A stretch of DNA of 64,000 nucleotides, from contig MGUU01000011.1 in NCBI GenBank assembly GCA_001800135.1, positions 8,842-72,841 on the forward strand, in the 5' to 3' direction. Source of the stretch: Elusimicrobia bacterium RIFCSPLOWO2_02_FULL_39_32 (lineage in GTDB: Bacteria; Elusimicrobiota; Elusimicrobia; 2-02-FULL-39-32). How positions within the stretch are numbered: position 1 is the first letter of the stretch; each line of letters starts with the position of its first letter. The position numbers and the translations under genes are program-made. Of this stretch, positions 9,688 to 20,492 are shown piece after piece. The notes below the pieces were generated by a model, which saw only the letters and a program-made list of their open reading frames with translations, had not been told where the DNA came from and did not search any database.

Positions 9688-11037
9688 ATGGCAGATGAAA
9701 AATTTGATGTGATCATAGTTGGCGCTGGCCCAGCGGGGGCGAGCGCAGCCATCACTTGCGCCCGGACAGGATTGTCCACCGTGCTATTAGAAAGAGGCGA
9801 ATATCCGGGAGCGAAAAATGTTCAGGGAGGCATTCTCTATACAAAAATGCTCACTGAGATTATCCCTGACTTCTGGAAAGAACCCAAACCCCCTGTAGAG
9901 CGCCACATTACAGAGCAAAAAGTCATGCTTCTTTCTAATCAATCCGCAATTCATCTTGGTTTCAAATCCGCAGATTGGAGAAAAGAACCGCATAACTGTT
10001 ACAGCATCATCCGCGTTTCTTTTGACCGTTGGTATGCAAAAAAAGCTGAAGAAGCAGGCGCAGAACTCTATACAGGAGTATTGGTTTCGGATCTTATTAA
10101 AAAAAATGGAAAGATTTGCGGAGTAAAAACTAGCGAGGGAGATGAACTTTTTGCAAATGTAGTGATTGCCTGCGATGGGGTTAACTCGCTCTTGGCTCAA
10201 AAAGCAGGTTTAATTGATGAGTGGCGCCCAGATGAAGTAGCCTTAGCTGTAAAAGAAACCCTAGCTCTTCCAAAAGAAAAAATTGAAGAGAGATTTTCCT
10301 TGGAGGCAAATGAAGGAGCTACTTTTGAAATGTTTGGAAAAGTGACTGAAGGAATGTTAGGTTATGCTTTCCTTTACACTAATAAAGAAAGCCTTTCTTT
10401 AGGGGTTGGATGCAAGGTATCCCATTTCCAGAAAACAGGAATTCCCCCTTATGAACTTTTGGATCATCTTAAAGCACACCCTATTCTTAAACCCTTAATT
10501 AAAGACGCCCAAAGTCTGGAATATTCCGGCCACTTAATTCCTGAAGGCGGTTACTATTCCATGCCTCCGCTTTACACAGATGGTTTTTTAATTGCAGGCG
10601 ACGCAGCCCAAATGGTGAACCCTTCCCATAGAGAAGGTTCTAATTTAGCCATGACAGCCGGGAAGTTGGCTGCTGAAACAGTGATCGAATCTAAGAAAAC
10701 AGGAGACACCTCTTCAAAATTTCTTTCTTTATACCAAAAAAAATTAAGGGAAACATTCATTATTCCGGACCTTTACGACCACAAAGATCTGGAAGAAAAA
10801 ATAGAAGAAAGACCTGAACTTTTAACAGACATTCCGGATTTAGTCTGCAATGCGGCTTATGAATATTTTAATGTGGATGGACGGGCTAAAAGAGACGTGC
10901 AATCCGCGATCTTAAAAAAAATATTTCGCAACAAAGCTGTGCGTAAAATTATTAAATCTGAACTAAATTTAAAAAACCTTTTAGGGTTATTTAAAGGCGC
11001 TGTAAAAAGCGCATTAAACTATAAAAATCTAAGTTAA
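9688..11037 (+). CDS. fixC: FAD-dependent oxidoreductase FixC (ETF-quinone oxidoreductase-like)
   Basis: KFDVIIVGAGPAGASAA...LLERGEYPGAKNVQGGILY closely matches the FixC N-terminus. Confidence 0.8.
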   Translation: MADEKFDVIIVGAGPAGASAAITCARTGLSTVLLERGEYPGAKNVQGGILYTKMLTEIIPDFWKEPKPPVERHITEQKVMLLSNQSAIHLGFKSADWRKEPHNCYSIIRVSFDRWYAKKAEEAGAELYTGVLVSDLIKKNGKICGVKTSEGDELFANVVIACDGVNSLLAQKAGLIDEWRPDEVALAVKETLALPKEKIEERFSLEANEGATFEMFGKVTEGMLGYAFLYTNKESLSLGVGCKVSHFQKTGIPPYELLDHLKAHPILKPLIKDAQSLEYSGHLIPEGGYYSMPPLYTDGFLIAGDAAQMVNPSHREGSNLAMTAGKLAAETVIESKKTGDTSSKFLSLYQKKLRETFIIPDLYDHKDLEEKIEERPELLTDIPDLVCNAAYEYFNVDGRAKRDVQSAILKKIFRNKAVRKIIKSELNLKNLLGLFKGAVKSALNYKNLS

Positions 11038-11046
11038 GGATTTCTT

Positions 11047-11331
11047 ATGTCAACTGTTGAAGAAAAATTAGGAACTCTTGCCTTTAAAAACGATCACCAA
11101 TCGCATATCTCCATTCCTAACCCTAAAATATGCCTAACCCAATGCAAAGATAAACCTTGCACTAAAGTTTGCCCGGCAAAAGTCTATGATTGGGATGAAT
11201 CTCAAAAAAAGATTGTGGTTGGGTATGAAAACTGTATTGAGTGCGGCGCTGCCAGAATGATTTGCCCTTTCCAAAACATCCGTTGGGAAATGCCCAGAGG
11301 CGGTTTTGGCGTTTCCTACAAATTCGGTTAA
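11047..11331 (+). CDS. fixX: ferredoxin-like protein FixX
   Basis: 94 aa with a 4Fe-4S cysteine pattern (CP..VYDWDE...NCIECGAARMICP) directly downstream of fixC. Confidence 0.8.
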   Translation: MSTVEEKLGTLAFKNDHQSHISIPNPKICLTQCKDKPCTKVCPAKVYDWDESQKKIVVGYENCIECGAARMICPFQNIRWEMPRGGFGVSYKFG

Positions 11332-11427
11332 AATAAAGATTTATTTTATTAAGAATTGAATTAAAGATTTAAAATACCTCAACTCTTTAAACACATTTTT
11401 TGTTATGTAAAACAATTACTAATAGTA

Positions 11428-11997
11428 TTGTATTATTTAACTTGGATATTTAGTCATTTTTTAAAACTCATGTTTAAATCAATAATTATTATAGGAGTTT
11501 CTTACTTTTTTCTTTGTTTATTCTTACATATTATAGTATGGAAAATAAACCGTCCAAAAAATGATTTTCTAGCTTTATTTTTAATTTTCTTATTTTTTCC
11601 TTTAGCATTATATTTTATCTCCTTCTTACTTTTTTATGTAAATAATATCGTTCCTAATTCATATATTCCCCTAGAAACTCTTTTAGCAATTTACCTCCTA
11701 CATCTTTCACTTTCTTCAGTTTATATTCAAAGTTATCCTTTAGCTCAAGCAGTATCTCCATCTTTAAAAATTTTAAAAATAGTTGGAGATGCGATGCCCA
11801 AGGGTTTAAATAAACAAGAAATTTTTCATCATTTTGATCTGTCTGATCTCATTATTAAAAGAATCGAAGACCTAAGTGATAACAAATTTATTAAAAATGA
11901 AAATGAGTGTTTAACCTTAACATATTTTGGAAAATTTCTAGCTAAATTTTTTATTTTTTATCGCGCTTTCTTAGGTCTGCCACCCGGAAAAGGTTAA
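11428..11997 (+). CDS. hypothetical membrane protein: 3-4 N-terminal TM helices plus a C-terminal wHTH-like segment
   Basis: Long ORF in a very AT-rich region where stop codons are frequent. The N-terminus is hydrophobic. The C-terminal ~80 aa follow a helix-turn-helix-like pattern (GLNKQEIFHHFDLSDLIIKRIEDL...). Confidence 0.45.
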   Translation: MYYLTWIFSHFLKLMFKSIIIIGVSYFFLCLFLHIIVWKINRPKNDFLALFLIFLFFPLALYFISFLLFYVNNIVPNSYIPLETLLAIYLLHLSLSSVYIQSYPLAQAVSPSLKILKIVGDAMPKGLNKQEIFHHFDLSDLIIKRIEDLSDNKFIKNENECLTLTYFGKFLAKFFIFYRAFLGLPPGKG

Positions 11998-12010
11998 AAT
12001 CTAAAATTGA

Positions 12011-12511
12011 ATGATTATTCTCATAATAATTTTATTACTCTCTCCATTTCTAGTCCTTATGACTCATAAGCTTCTATTGAGATCTTTAAAAAATCAATCC
12101 CCTCAAATAGTTGCTATCAATGCCGGCATCTTTTCAACAATCCCACTATTTTTCTTAATATGGCTTCTTCTTTCTAATCACTCATCCTTTTCAAACGAAA
12201 ATATTTATTGGGGACTAATATATAGTTTTATAATTTATGGTGGGATTATTTATTCATATTATCATCTATTTAATATGAGTGAAACGGGAAGGCGTATAAA
12301 AATTATCTGTACCATCCTTGCCAATGGCTCTTTAAGCAAAAAAAGCATTATTGACATTTATGGTACAGCTAACCCCATTGAAATTAGATTAGAACGGTTA
12401 TTACATGCTAAGATACTGTCTCTTAAGAATGATTATTACATACTTAATAAAAAATTTCTTTATTGGACTTCCAGTTTGGTAGAAAATTGGAGAAAATTTT
12501 TAGGATTTTAA
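12011..12511 (+). CDS. hypothetical membrane protein, paralogue of the upstream gene (TM helices plus C-terminal wHTH-like segment)
   Basis: Same architecture as 11428-11997 (RRIKIICTILANGSLSKKSIIDIYGTANPIEIRLERLLHAKILS...). 13-nt gap between the two genes. Confidence 0.45.
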   Translation: MIILIIILLLSPFLVLMTHKLLLRSLKNQSPQIVAINAGIFSTIPLFFLIWLLLSNHSSFSNENIYWGLIYSFIIYGGIIYSYYHLFNMSETGRRIKIICTILANGSLSKKSIIDIYGTANPIEIRLERLLHAKILSLKNDYYILNKKFLYWTSSLVENWRKFLGF

Positions 12512-12638
12512 TTAATAGAATAGCTCTATCAATATTTGAGATAAAAGCTACTGCAAATCCTATTTTGGTGATATGAAGAAATATAATATAAGATATTATT
12601 TTTATATAACTTAAATAAAATATTAAGGAAATACAATT

Positions 12639-15242
12639 ATGAAACTAGACCGATTAACGATTAAAGCTGAAGAAGCTCTTTCTGCAGCAAGCGCCCAAGC
12701 AGGAGAACATTCCCACCAAATGATTTCTACTGAACATCTCCTTTTTGCTTTGATCCAGCAAAAAGATGGGGTGGTTTTAGAAATCTTAGAAAAAATAGGA
12801 GTATCTTCTAATCTTTTATTAAAAAAAATTGAAAAAATTTTTGAAAAAAATCCCCAAGTTTCTTTAGGAAATGCTCAGATTCAAGGACAGATTTTTATTT
12901 CTCCTGAATTGCAAACGATTCTAACCCTTGCGGAAAAAACTGCAAAGGATTTAAAAGATGAATTTATTTCCACAGAGCATTTACTCTTAGGTATTGCTGA
13001 AGAATCCAAAAGTAAAGCATCCCAACTGCTTTTAGAAACTGGCATCACAAAAGAGACAATCTTAAAATCCCTGCAGCTCATCCGGGGCAGCCAAAGAATC
13101 ACTTCCCCCTCGCCAGAAGAGACGTATAAACCTCTAGAAAAATATGGACGAGATCTTACGGAAATGGCAAAACTAGGAAAATTAGATCCCGTGATTGGGA
13201 GGGATCAAGAGATTAGGCGCGTGATTCAAGTACTTGCCCGGAGAACAAAAAATAACCCTGTATTAATAGGAGATCCTGGTGTTGGGAAAACAGCCATAGC
13301 AGAAGGATTGGCTCAGAGAATTATTTCCGGCGATGTACCAGAAACTTTAAAAAATAAAAGGGTCATTGGGCTGGATTTAGGAGCGCTTATTGCCGGGACA
13401 AAATTTAGAGGAGACTTTGAAGAGCGTTTAAAAGCAGTTCTAAAAGAAATAACAAGCTCAGGGGGACAAATAGTTCTTTTTATTGATGAAATGCATACCT
13501 TAATCGGCGCCGGGGCTGCTGAAGGAGCAATAGATGCTTCTAACCTGCTTAAACCCATGTTAGCTCGAGGTGAGTTGCACTGTATAGGAGCGACCACCAT
13601 TGATGAGTACAGAAAACATATTGAGAAAGACGCTGCTTTAGAAAGAAGATTCCAACCTGTTTTAGTGAATGAGCCTAGCGTAGAGGATACGATCTCTATC
13701 TTGCGCGGGCTAAAGGAAAAATACGAACTGCACCATGGAGTTAGAATTAAAGATTCTGCTTTAGTGGCAGCTGCAAAACTCTCCTCACGTTATATCTCAG
13801 ACAGATTTCTGCCAGATAAAGCCATTGATCTAATAGACGAGTCTGCTTCCAGCTTACGCATGGAAATTGATTCCATGCCTCAAGAATTAGACGAGCTGGA
13901 TAGAAAAATACGTCAATTAGAAATTGAAAAAACAGCGCTTAAAAAAGAAGCGGATCCCCTTTCAGAAGAAAGAATTCAAAAAATTGAGGAGGAGCTTCAG
14001 AATCTCAATCTTAAGACCGTTGGTTTTAAAAATCAGTGGGAAAAGGAAAAAGAAATTATTCAAAAGACAAGAGTCTTAAAAGAAAAATTGGAAAATTTAA
14101 AACTGGAAGAAAAAAATGCGGAACGAGCTGGGGACTTAGGCAAGGCTGCTGAAATCCGCTATGGAAAACTTCCCAACATACAAAAAGAGATGGAAGTTTT
14201 AAACCCAGAGGTTGAGACCCGCAGTAAAAAAGGAGCGCTCTTAAAAGAAGAGGTGGATGAGGAAGATATTGCGCAAATCATCTCCCGCTGGACAGGCATT
14301 CCTGTAACCCGAATGCTGGAAGCTGAAATGCAAAAACTCTTCCATATGGAACAAAGGCTGCACAAAAGAGTGGTGGGACAAGAAGAAGCTATTCAAGCGA
14401 TTAGCAACGCTGTTCGTCGTTCCAGATCAGGAATTACAGATCCTAATCGTCCTATAGGAACTTTTATGTTTCTTGGTCCGACCGGCGTGGGAAAAACTGA
14501 ACTAGCCAAAGCAGTGACAGAATATCTTTTTGACGATGAAAAAAACTTAATACGCATTGACATGAGCGAATATATGGAAAAACATTCTGTATCCCGTTTA
14601 ATTGGCGCGCCTCCTGGCTATGTGGGCTATGATGAAGGTGGACAACTAACAGAAGCGATCCGTAAACATCCCTATGCAGTCATTCTTTTTGATGAAATTG
14701 AAAAAGCTCATAAAGAGGTATTTGATTTAATGCTTCAAATTCTGGATGAGGGACGCCTGACAGATGGACAAGGAAGAACCGTAAATTTTAAAAATAGTCT
14801 GATTATCATGAGCTCTAATGTGGGCTCCAATTGGATACAGGAAACTTCCGACTACCAGGAAATGAAAAAAAGAATTATGGAATCTCTTCAAGCTCATTTT
14901 AGGCCGGAATTCTTAAATCGAATTGACGAAATTTTAATCTTTCAGCGTTTGCAGGCGGATGAAATGAATAAAATTGTTGAGATTGCCTTAAAACAGCTTG
15001 AAAACCGTTTAAATGAAAAAAAAATATCTTTAATCTTAACAGAATCTGCTAAACGCTTCTTAGTCAAAGAGGGATTTCATCCTGCTTTTGGAGCAAGACC
15101 TCTCAAACGAGCAATTCAAAAATTCCTATCAGATCCTTTAGCTCAAAAAATCGTTTCCAATGAATTTAAAGAGGGTGATACCATCGAAGTTTCATCCAAA
15201 CGAATGGAAGGAATAGAAAATCTTGTGTTTAATAAAAAATAA
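12639..15242 (+). CDS. clpB: ATP-dependent chaperone ClpB
   Basis: Clp N-domain, two AAA+ modules ([16 protein letters not shown]) and a long coiled-coil middle domain; 867 aa. Confidence 0.95.
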   Translation: MKLDRLTIKAEEALSAASAQAGEHSHQMISTEHLLFALIQQKDGVVLEILEKIGVSSNLLLKKIEKIFEKNPQVSLGNAQIQGQIFISPELQTILTLAEKTAKDLKDEFISTEHLLLGIAEESKSKASQLLLETGITKETILKSLQLIRGSQRITSPSPEETYKPLEKYGRDLTEMAKLGKLDPVIGRDQEIRRVIQVLARRTKNNPVLIGDPGVGKTAIAEGLAQRIISGDVPETLKNKRVIGLDLGALIAGTKFRGDFEERLKAVLKEITSSGGQIVLFIDEMHTLIGAGAAEGAIDASNLLKPMLARGELHCIGATTIDEYRKHIEKDAALERRFQPVLVNEPSVEDTISILRGLKEKYELHHGVRIKDSALVAAAKLSSRYISDRFLPDKAIDLIDESASSLRMEIDSMPQELDELDRKIRQLEIEKTALKKEADPLSEERIQKIEEELQNLNLKTVGFKNQWEKEKEIIQKTRVLKEKLENLKLEEKNAERAGDLGKAAEIRYGKLPNIQKEMEVLNPEVETRSKKGALLKEEVDEEDIAQIISRWTGIPVTRMLEAEMQKLFHMEQRLHKRVVGQEEAIQAISNAVRRSRSGITDPNRPIGTFMFLGPTGVGKTELAKAVTEYLFDDEKNLIRIDMSEYMEKHSVSRLIGAPPGYVGYDEGGQLTEAIRKHPYAVILFDEIEKAHKEVFDLMLQILDEGRLTDGQGRTVNFKNSLIIMSSNVGSNWIQETSDYQEMKKRIMESLQAHFRPEFLNRIDEILIFQRLQADEMNKIVEIALKQLENRLNEKKISLILTESAKRFLVKEGFHPAFGARPLKRAIQKFLSDPLAQKIVSNEFKEGDTIEVSSKRMEGIENLVFNKK

Positions 15243-15291
15243 TTAAACCAAACAACAGATGGATTCAAAGAATTCAATGAACATTTCGATT

Positions 15292-16002
15292 TTATCTCAT
15301 AGGAACTTCAATCAGAAGGCAGGAAGAAAACTTTTTAGCCGTGAGTTTAATAGATTGCCTTCCAATAACCTTGGCAGCATCACCATTTCTTAAACCAATA
15401 TCATTAAAATTAATTTCACCACCCACTACAAAAATAAACGTGCCGTTTTCTTTTTTAAAAGCTTCGTAAGATACAGAAATCCCCGGATCTAACAATGCAA
15501 AAGAAAAAATAGAATTTTGATGAATGTAAATTGTGTTTTTTTCTTTGGCTCCGGAAACAATTGGAACAATCTGATTTTTATTTGATTTTAGAATACCTTT
15601 TTTTTGCTCATAACTAGGCGCTATATCTTTTTCTCTGGGTTCAATCCAAACCTGTAAAAGATGAACCCCCTCCATTTTTGAACAATTGTATTCAGAATGG
15701 ACAAGTCCGCTCCCAGCAGACATTCTCTGCACGTCTCCAGCCTCAATCACTCCATGGTTTCCAATGCTATCTTTATGTTCTAACCTGCCTTGAAAAACTA
15801 AAGTTACAATTTCCATATTTGCATGCGGGTGCATGCCAAAACCACCGCCGGGATGAATCCTATCCTCATTTAAAACTCTTAAAGATCCAAAATGTATCTG
15901 TTTTGGATCATAATAATCTCCAAAACTAAAACTATGTTTACTTTCTAACCAATCCAACTGTGTTACTCCTCTTTGATCTGAAGGAATAATTTCAATACTC
16001 AT
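15292..16002 (-). CDS. pirin family cupin protein
   Basis: HPH..MEIVT.V..G...H.DS.GN...I..GDVQ.M.AG.G..HSE matches the pirin metal-binding cupin motif. ATG 16002 (MSIEIIPSDQRG) is preferred over the TTG at 16017. Confidence 0.8.
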   Translation of the reverse strand: MSIEIIPSDQRGVTQLDWLESKHSFSFGDYYDPKQIHFGSLRVLNEDRIHPGGGFGMHPHANMEIVTLVFQGRLEHKDSIGNHGVIEAGDVQRMSAGSGLVHSEYNCSKMEGVHLLQVWIEPREKDIAPSYEQKKGILKSNKNQIVPIVSGAKEKNTIYIHQNSIFSFALLDPGISVSYEAFKKENGTFIFVVGGEINFNDIGLRNGDAAKVIGRQSIKLTAKKFSSCLLIEVPMR

Positions 16003-16020
16003 TTCAACAATAACCAAATT

Positions 16021-17025
16021 TTAAGCAACTGTATTTATAAATTTATTTGAAATAAAACTGGATATATTGTTTATCGTGGTATCTAAAATTCTCTGCATCG
16101 CTTCTTGACTATAAAAAGCGATATGAGGTGTGATCACAACGTTTTCTCTATGTAAAAGGATGTGATTTTTAAGCAAAGTTTCTAGTTTTTCTTGAGGGAA
16201 TTGGTGTGAAAGGATCTGTTTTTCTTCTTTAATTAAATCTTCATCTTCTAAAGCATCTAACCCAGCTCCTGCAAGAATGCCTTCATCTAACGCTTCCACT
16301 AAAGCATGAGTATCTATCAAAGCTCCGCGAGCAGTGTTTACCAAAAGCGCGCCCCTTTTAATCTTTTTAATATTCTGCCTATTAATCAAATGATGGGTTT
16401 TCGCATTGTAAGGAGCATGCAAGGAGACAATATCTGAATTAGCAAGTAAAAATTCTAAATCCGCATACTTAAAACCAAGGACCTCTTCTAAAAAATGGTT
16501 TTTATTCACATCAAAAGCAAGCGCTTCCATGCCAAAACCTCTGGCCATTTTTATCACATGTAAACCAATATGTCCTGCGCCAACCACTCCTAAAGTTTTA
16601 CCTTTTAAATCAAAACCTTTTAAACCATTTAAAGAAAAATCCCCTTTTACTGTCCTCACAAAAGCCTTATGCACATTGCGGGAAAGGGAAAGAATCAAAG
16701 CAAAGGTATGCTCTGCCACAGTATTTTCTCCGTAAAAAGGAACATTGGCAACAACAATCCCTTTTTTTTTGCAAGTTTCCAAATCTATATGGTCAAACCC
16801 TGTGGAGCGGGTAGCAATAAACTTTAAATTTTGAATCTGGCTAATAACTTCCTTGGATACTTTAGAATAGATAAAAACTGAAAGAATGTCACAAGATTTA
16901 ATTTGGCTAAGATGTTGCCCTGAAAGTTCTTCTTGAAAAAAAAGAAATTCATTATTAAGGGCTAAGGGAGAATTTTTAATACATTCTATTTCCCAGTCAT
17001 TTATTTCTAAAAAAGCAATTTTCAT
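16021..17025 (-). CDS. D-isomer-specific 2-hydroxyacid dehydrogenase family (D-lactate/glycerate dehydrogenase-like)
   Basis: NAD-binding GVVGAGHIGLHV and a catalytic His region (ITPHIAFYS). Confidence 0.8.
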   Translation of the reverse strand: MKIAFLEINDWEIECIKNSPLALNNEFLFFQEELSGQHLSQIKSCDILSVFIYSKVSKEVISQIQNLKFIATRSTGFDHIDLETCKKKGIVVANVPFYGENTVAEHTFALILSLSRNVHKAFVRTVKGDFSLNGLKGFDLKGKTLGVVGAGHIGLHVIKMARGFGMEALAFDVNKNHFLEEVLGFKYADLEFLLANSDIVSLHAPYNAKTHHLINRQNIKKIKRGALLVNTARGALIDTHALVEALDEGILAGAGLDALEDEDLIKEEKQILSHQFPQEKLETLLKNHILLHRENVVITPHIAFYSQEAMQRILDTTINNISSFISNKFINTVA

Positions 17026-17033
17026 TGGTAAAC

Positions 17034-18308
17034 TTAATTATAGCTTTTTCTTTTAAAATTTATGAAAAAATAAGGGAGCCAAATCCAAAATAACCAACTA
17101 AAAATTTGATTGAATGGAAGTGTGCGAAACAGTGTCCATAAAACTAAAATAGGATCAATCAATAAGTGAACCCAACCAGTCTTAGCTTCTTTTTTAACAC
17201 GAACAATCACTTTAACCGCATTAAAACGCTTTTCTCTTAAAAGTCTTAAAAGAGCCGACTCAATATCTTTAGTAGGCAACTTTCTCCATCCGGGCAATTC
17301 AATAATGTTCCATACATAATTCGTAAAACCCCAACCATGATTATCTGTAACCCCAGTCATAAATAAATTATGCTTGCGACAAAAGCCAATGATCTGGTTT
17401 CTAAACGATTCATCAAAATCTAAAGCCAATGGCGCGCTATTTACAATTTCAAAACCGCTAAGTCCCCAGTTTGCAAAATCATCTAAATCGCTGTTCCAGT
17501 GATATTTCCAATATTCCGGTAAACTTGCAATCACTAAAATTTTTGGATCTTTTCGCATTTCTTTTAAAAAAATTTCCAACCCATATTTTCCCTGATCATA
17601 AGGGCCATTGGGGATCAGCTCTTTTAGCCCTAAAACCACCCAATGCGATTCATGCAAACTAACCTCTTCACCTAAAAAAGAAAGGATTTTGCTTTCTCCC
17701 TTCATTGCTCTTGCATAAGAAAGCAGTGATCCATTAAAAACATTGTGGTCTGTTATGAAACAGGCGTCAAATCCAGCTTTGAAATGCCAATCAATATTTT
17801 TTTCTGACGTAAAAGATTTGCGCGCATCCCAGGAGCTGTTAGTGTGCGAATGAAAATCCACAACCATTAAATCCGGATTATTAACTCTTAAACTTGCCAA
17901 GGGACGGGGTAAAAATACAGCCAAAGCAATCACCAAAAGATAACTCATCCCAAATAGAATAAATTTTCCAAGCTCTTTAAAAAGGCGCTGAAGTGTTATC
18001 GGGCGATGAACCAAATGAATAGAACGAAATAAAATCCAGATCAAAACGCACAATAGAATAAAAGCAACATGCTGTTTTAAACTTAATAAAGTTAAATGAT
18101 CAAACAAAGAAAAAAAAGGAGAGAAAAAAAGATATGATTTAGGAAAATAAAGGAAACAATCTAGAGGATAGGTTCCAGTAACAATGTCTTTGACTGTGTT
18201 TGGGGTTTTAAAACTTTGCCCTAAAAAAAGTAAAAGGGTAAGAATTCCAGAGAAAAGAAGACTCTTTCCTTTTTTAGGGCTTGCCAATTCCAATACTTGT
18301 ACCTCCAT
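17034..18308 (-). CDS. membrane-anchored PHP-domain metal-dependent phosphoesterase
   Basis: About 5 N-terminal TM helices followed by PHP motifs VVDFHSHTNSSWD and GFDACFITDHN. Confidence 0.55.
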   Translation of the reverse strand: MEVQVLELASPKKGKSLLFSGILTLLLFLGQSFKTPNTVKDIVTGTYPLDCFLYFPKSYLFFSPFFSLFDHLTLLSLKQHVAFILLCVLIWILFRSIHLVHRPITLQRLFKELGKFILFGMSYLLVIALAVFLPRPLASLRVNNPDLMVVDFHSHTNSSWDARKSFTSEKNIDWHFKAGFDACFITDHNVFNGSLLSYARAMKGESKILSFLGEEVSLHESHWVVLGLKELIPNGPYDQGKYGLEIFLKEMRKDPKILVIASLPEYWKYHWNSDLDDFANWGLSGFEIVNSAPLALDFDESFRNQIIGFCRKHNLFMTGVTDNHGWGFTNYVWNIIELPGWRKLPTKDIESALLRLLREKRFNAVKVIVRVKKEAKTGWVHLLIDPILVLWTLFRTLPFNQIFSWLFWIWLPYFFINFKRKSYN

Positions 18309-19020
18309 CTACCACTAAAGTTGTGCCTGTAACCCAGGCAGATTCATCCGAAGCAAAATATAGAATGGAAAAAGCAGCATCTTCCGGCAGCCCATCCCTG
18401 AATAGCAGTGGATTTGTGCGCAAAGAATCTTTTCCTTTAGTAAACATTTGATGAGACATTTGTCCGGGACAAACACAATTCACTCTAATCTGGCGCGGGG
18501 CCAATTCTAATGCCAGACTTTTGGTAAGAGAAATAACCGCTGCTTTCGAAGCATTATAATGCGCCATATTTTTTGTAGTTAACATGGAGCCAAACACTGC
18601 TGCTGTAAGGATAATGGAACCAGAACCATTTTTAATCAAATAGGGGAGGGCTGCTTGCACAGTGAGAAATTTAGCTTTTAGATTTAAGGATAACATCTCA
18701 TCCCAATCTTTTTCCGTAATCTTTTCTATTGGGCTTGTCCTAAAATGTCCCATATTACAATGAAGAATATCCAATTTACCAAATTCTTTCATGATCTGAT
18801 GAAAAACAGCATGAGTTTGATCTTGTTTGGTACAATCCGCTATAAAGGAAACTGCTTGACCTCCTTGCTCTTTAATTCTTTCAACGGTATCAAGGGCTGC
18901 GTCTTTTTTGCGGGAAATAAGCGCAACTTTTGCTCCTTGCTGAGCAAATAAAAGAGCAGTGGCTCGGCCGATCCCCGGACCTGCGCCTGCAATAATTGCA
19001 ACTTTATCTTTTAACCGCAT
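18274..19020 (-). CDS. SDR family oxidoreductase
   Basis: Glycine-rich IAGAGPGIGRA and catalytic YNASK. Confidence 0.85.
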   Translation of the reverse strand: MRLKDKVAIIAGAGPGIGRATALLFAQQGAKVALISRKKDAALDTVERIKEQGGQAVSFIADCTKQDQTHAVFHQIMKEFGKLDILHCNMGHFRTSPIEKITEKDWDEMLSLNLKAKFLTVQAALPYLIKNGSGSIILTAAVFGSMLTTKNMAHYNASKAAVISLTKSLALELAPRQIRVNCVCPGQMSHQMFTKGKDSLRTNPLLFRDGLPEDAAFSILYFASDESAWVTGTTLVVDGGTSIGIGKP

Positions 19021-19786
19021 TGGATAAAACTCGATTTAGCCTGTCAGGAAAATTCGTGGCAATAGCGTCTGTTCCGATGGTAAAAATTTTTTTCATTTCC
19101 TTAACTTCATTCACAGTCCAAGCAACAACAAAAAGTTTATGCTTATGAGCATTTTGCACCAAAGATTTTGTGATTAAATGTCTGCGTGGAAAAATCGCGT
19201 CTGCCCCAAGTTCCTTAGCTCTTTTAAAAGGATCTGCTAAAGGTTCTCTATACAAAATGCCCGTTGGTATGTTTGGCTCTAAAGATTTTGCTCTTTTAAC
19301 TACCCCATGGTCAAAAGAAATGAAAATGATGCGGGATTCCATTTTTTTCTTTTTTACAATTTCTATTGCAACCTTTTCTATATCTAAATAACGAATGGGT
19401 TCATTTTTAATTTCTATTGCTAATCCTAAAGCGCGACCAAGGCAAGATTTTTGTTCTTTAATCCAATCTAAAAGTTCCTCTAATAAAAGCGCTCTTTCCC
19501 CAACATATTTTTTAGAATACCAGGATCCTGCATCCAGCTTCTTAATTTTTGAAGAGGTCAAATTCCTAATTTGTCCATGCCCATTGGTAGTTCTTTCCAC
19601 GCTCTCATCATGCATTACCACGCATTTCTTATCTTTAGAAAGGTGAATGTCACATTCCAACATGTCTGCTCCTAACTTTTGCCCGCAAATAAAAGAAGCC
19701 AGGGTATTTTCTGGAGCATGCCCCATGGCCCCGCGGTGACCAATTAACCAACATTTTCGAGGAGAAGTTTCATTAAATTTAAACAT
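19004..19786 (-). CDS. glycerophosphodiester phosphodiesterase
   Basis: LIGHRGAMGHAPENT...ECD.HL.KD...VV.HD GDPD signature. Confidence 0.85.
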   Translation of the reverse strand: MFKFNETSPRKCWLIGHRGAMGHAPENTLASFICGQKLGADMLECDIHLSKDKKCVVMHDESVERTTNGHGQIRNLTSSKIKKLDAGSWYSKKYVGERALLLEELLDWIKEQKSCLGRALGLAIEIKNEPIRYLDIEKVAIEIVKKKKMESRIIFISFDHGVVKRAKSLEPNIPTGILYREPLADPFKRAKELGADAIFPRRHLITKSLVQNAHKHKLFVVAWTVNEVKEMKKIFTIGTDAIATNFPDRLNRVLSNAVKR

Positions 19787-19922
19787 AATTTAAAATATAC
19801 CAAATTTCAGGGGATTACCCAAAAACCTTTTACACATTAAAACTGTGAACTTTTAAAACTTAAAGCAACTAAAAACTTTCCAAACATTGTATTCATTCTA
19901 AAAAATAAATAAAATTTTGTTT

Positions 19923-20492
19923 ATGATTGAAAAATTTTTAAGAAATCATATTACCTACAAAGGAAATGCGGTGGGTTTTAAGTGCGATGAAATTCTCTTG
20001 CCCAACAAAAATAAAGCTTATCGAGAATATTTAACCCATGCCGGAGCTGTGGCCATTATCCCATTTCTAGATTCCCCTAAAAAAGTTCCTCTTCTTAAAT
20101 GTAGAATAGTTCTTGTAGAACAATACCGCTATCCTGTGAATAGAATTACAGAAGAGCTGCCAGCAGGAAAAATTGATTTTAAAGAATCTCCTAAGAGCTG
20201 TTTAGCTAGAGAACTTAAAGAGGAGACAGGATATTCCACTAAAAGATTCCATCATATAATCAGTTACTGCCCTACCCCGGCTTTCTCTCAAGAAGTTATC
20301 CATATCTATTGGGCAGATTCCCTTAAAAAAGGAAAGTGCAATCCAGACGAAGATGAGTTCTTAAGAGTAAAAGTGGAGAGCTTTCAGAATATTTTGCAAA
20401 AAATTAGAAAAGGAAAAATTAAGGATTCAAAAACTGTGATTGGAATTCTGGCTTGCGTTGCTTTAGAATTTCCAGGAGTTAAGCTCAGGTAA
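19923..20492 (+). CDS. Nudix hydrolase (ADP-ribose pyrophosphatase-like)
   Basis: Nudix box GKIDFKESPKSCLARELKEETGY. ATG at 19923; the track start at 19917 is a TTG. Confidence 0.8.
   Translation: MIEKFLRNHITYKGNAVGFKCDEILLPNKNKAYREYLTHAGAVAIIPFLDSPKKVPLLKCRIVLVEQYRYPVNRITEELPAGKIDFKESPKSCLARELKEETGYSTKRFHHIISYCPTPAFSQEVIHIYWADSLKKGKCNPDEDEFLRVKVESFQNILQKIRKGKIKDSKTVIGILACVALEFPGVKLR

Noticed and set aside
12512-12638. Possible CIRCE/HrcA or CtsR operator upstream of clpB
   Set aside because: Only short imperfect palindromes are present (TAGCTC...GAGATAAAAGCTA). There is no TTAGCACTC-N9-GAGTGCTAA or AGGTCAAA repeat.
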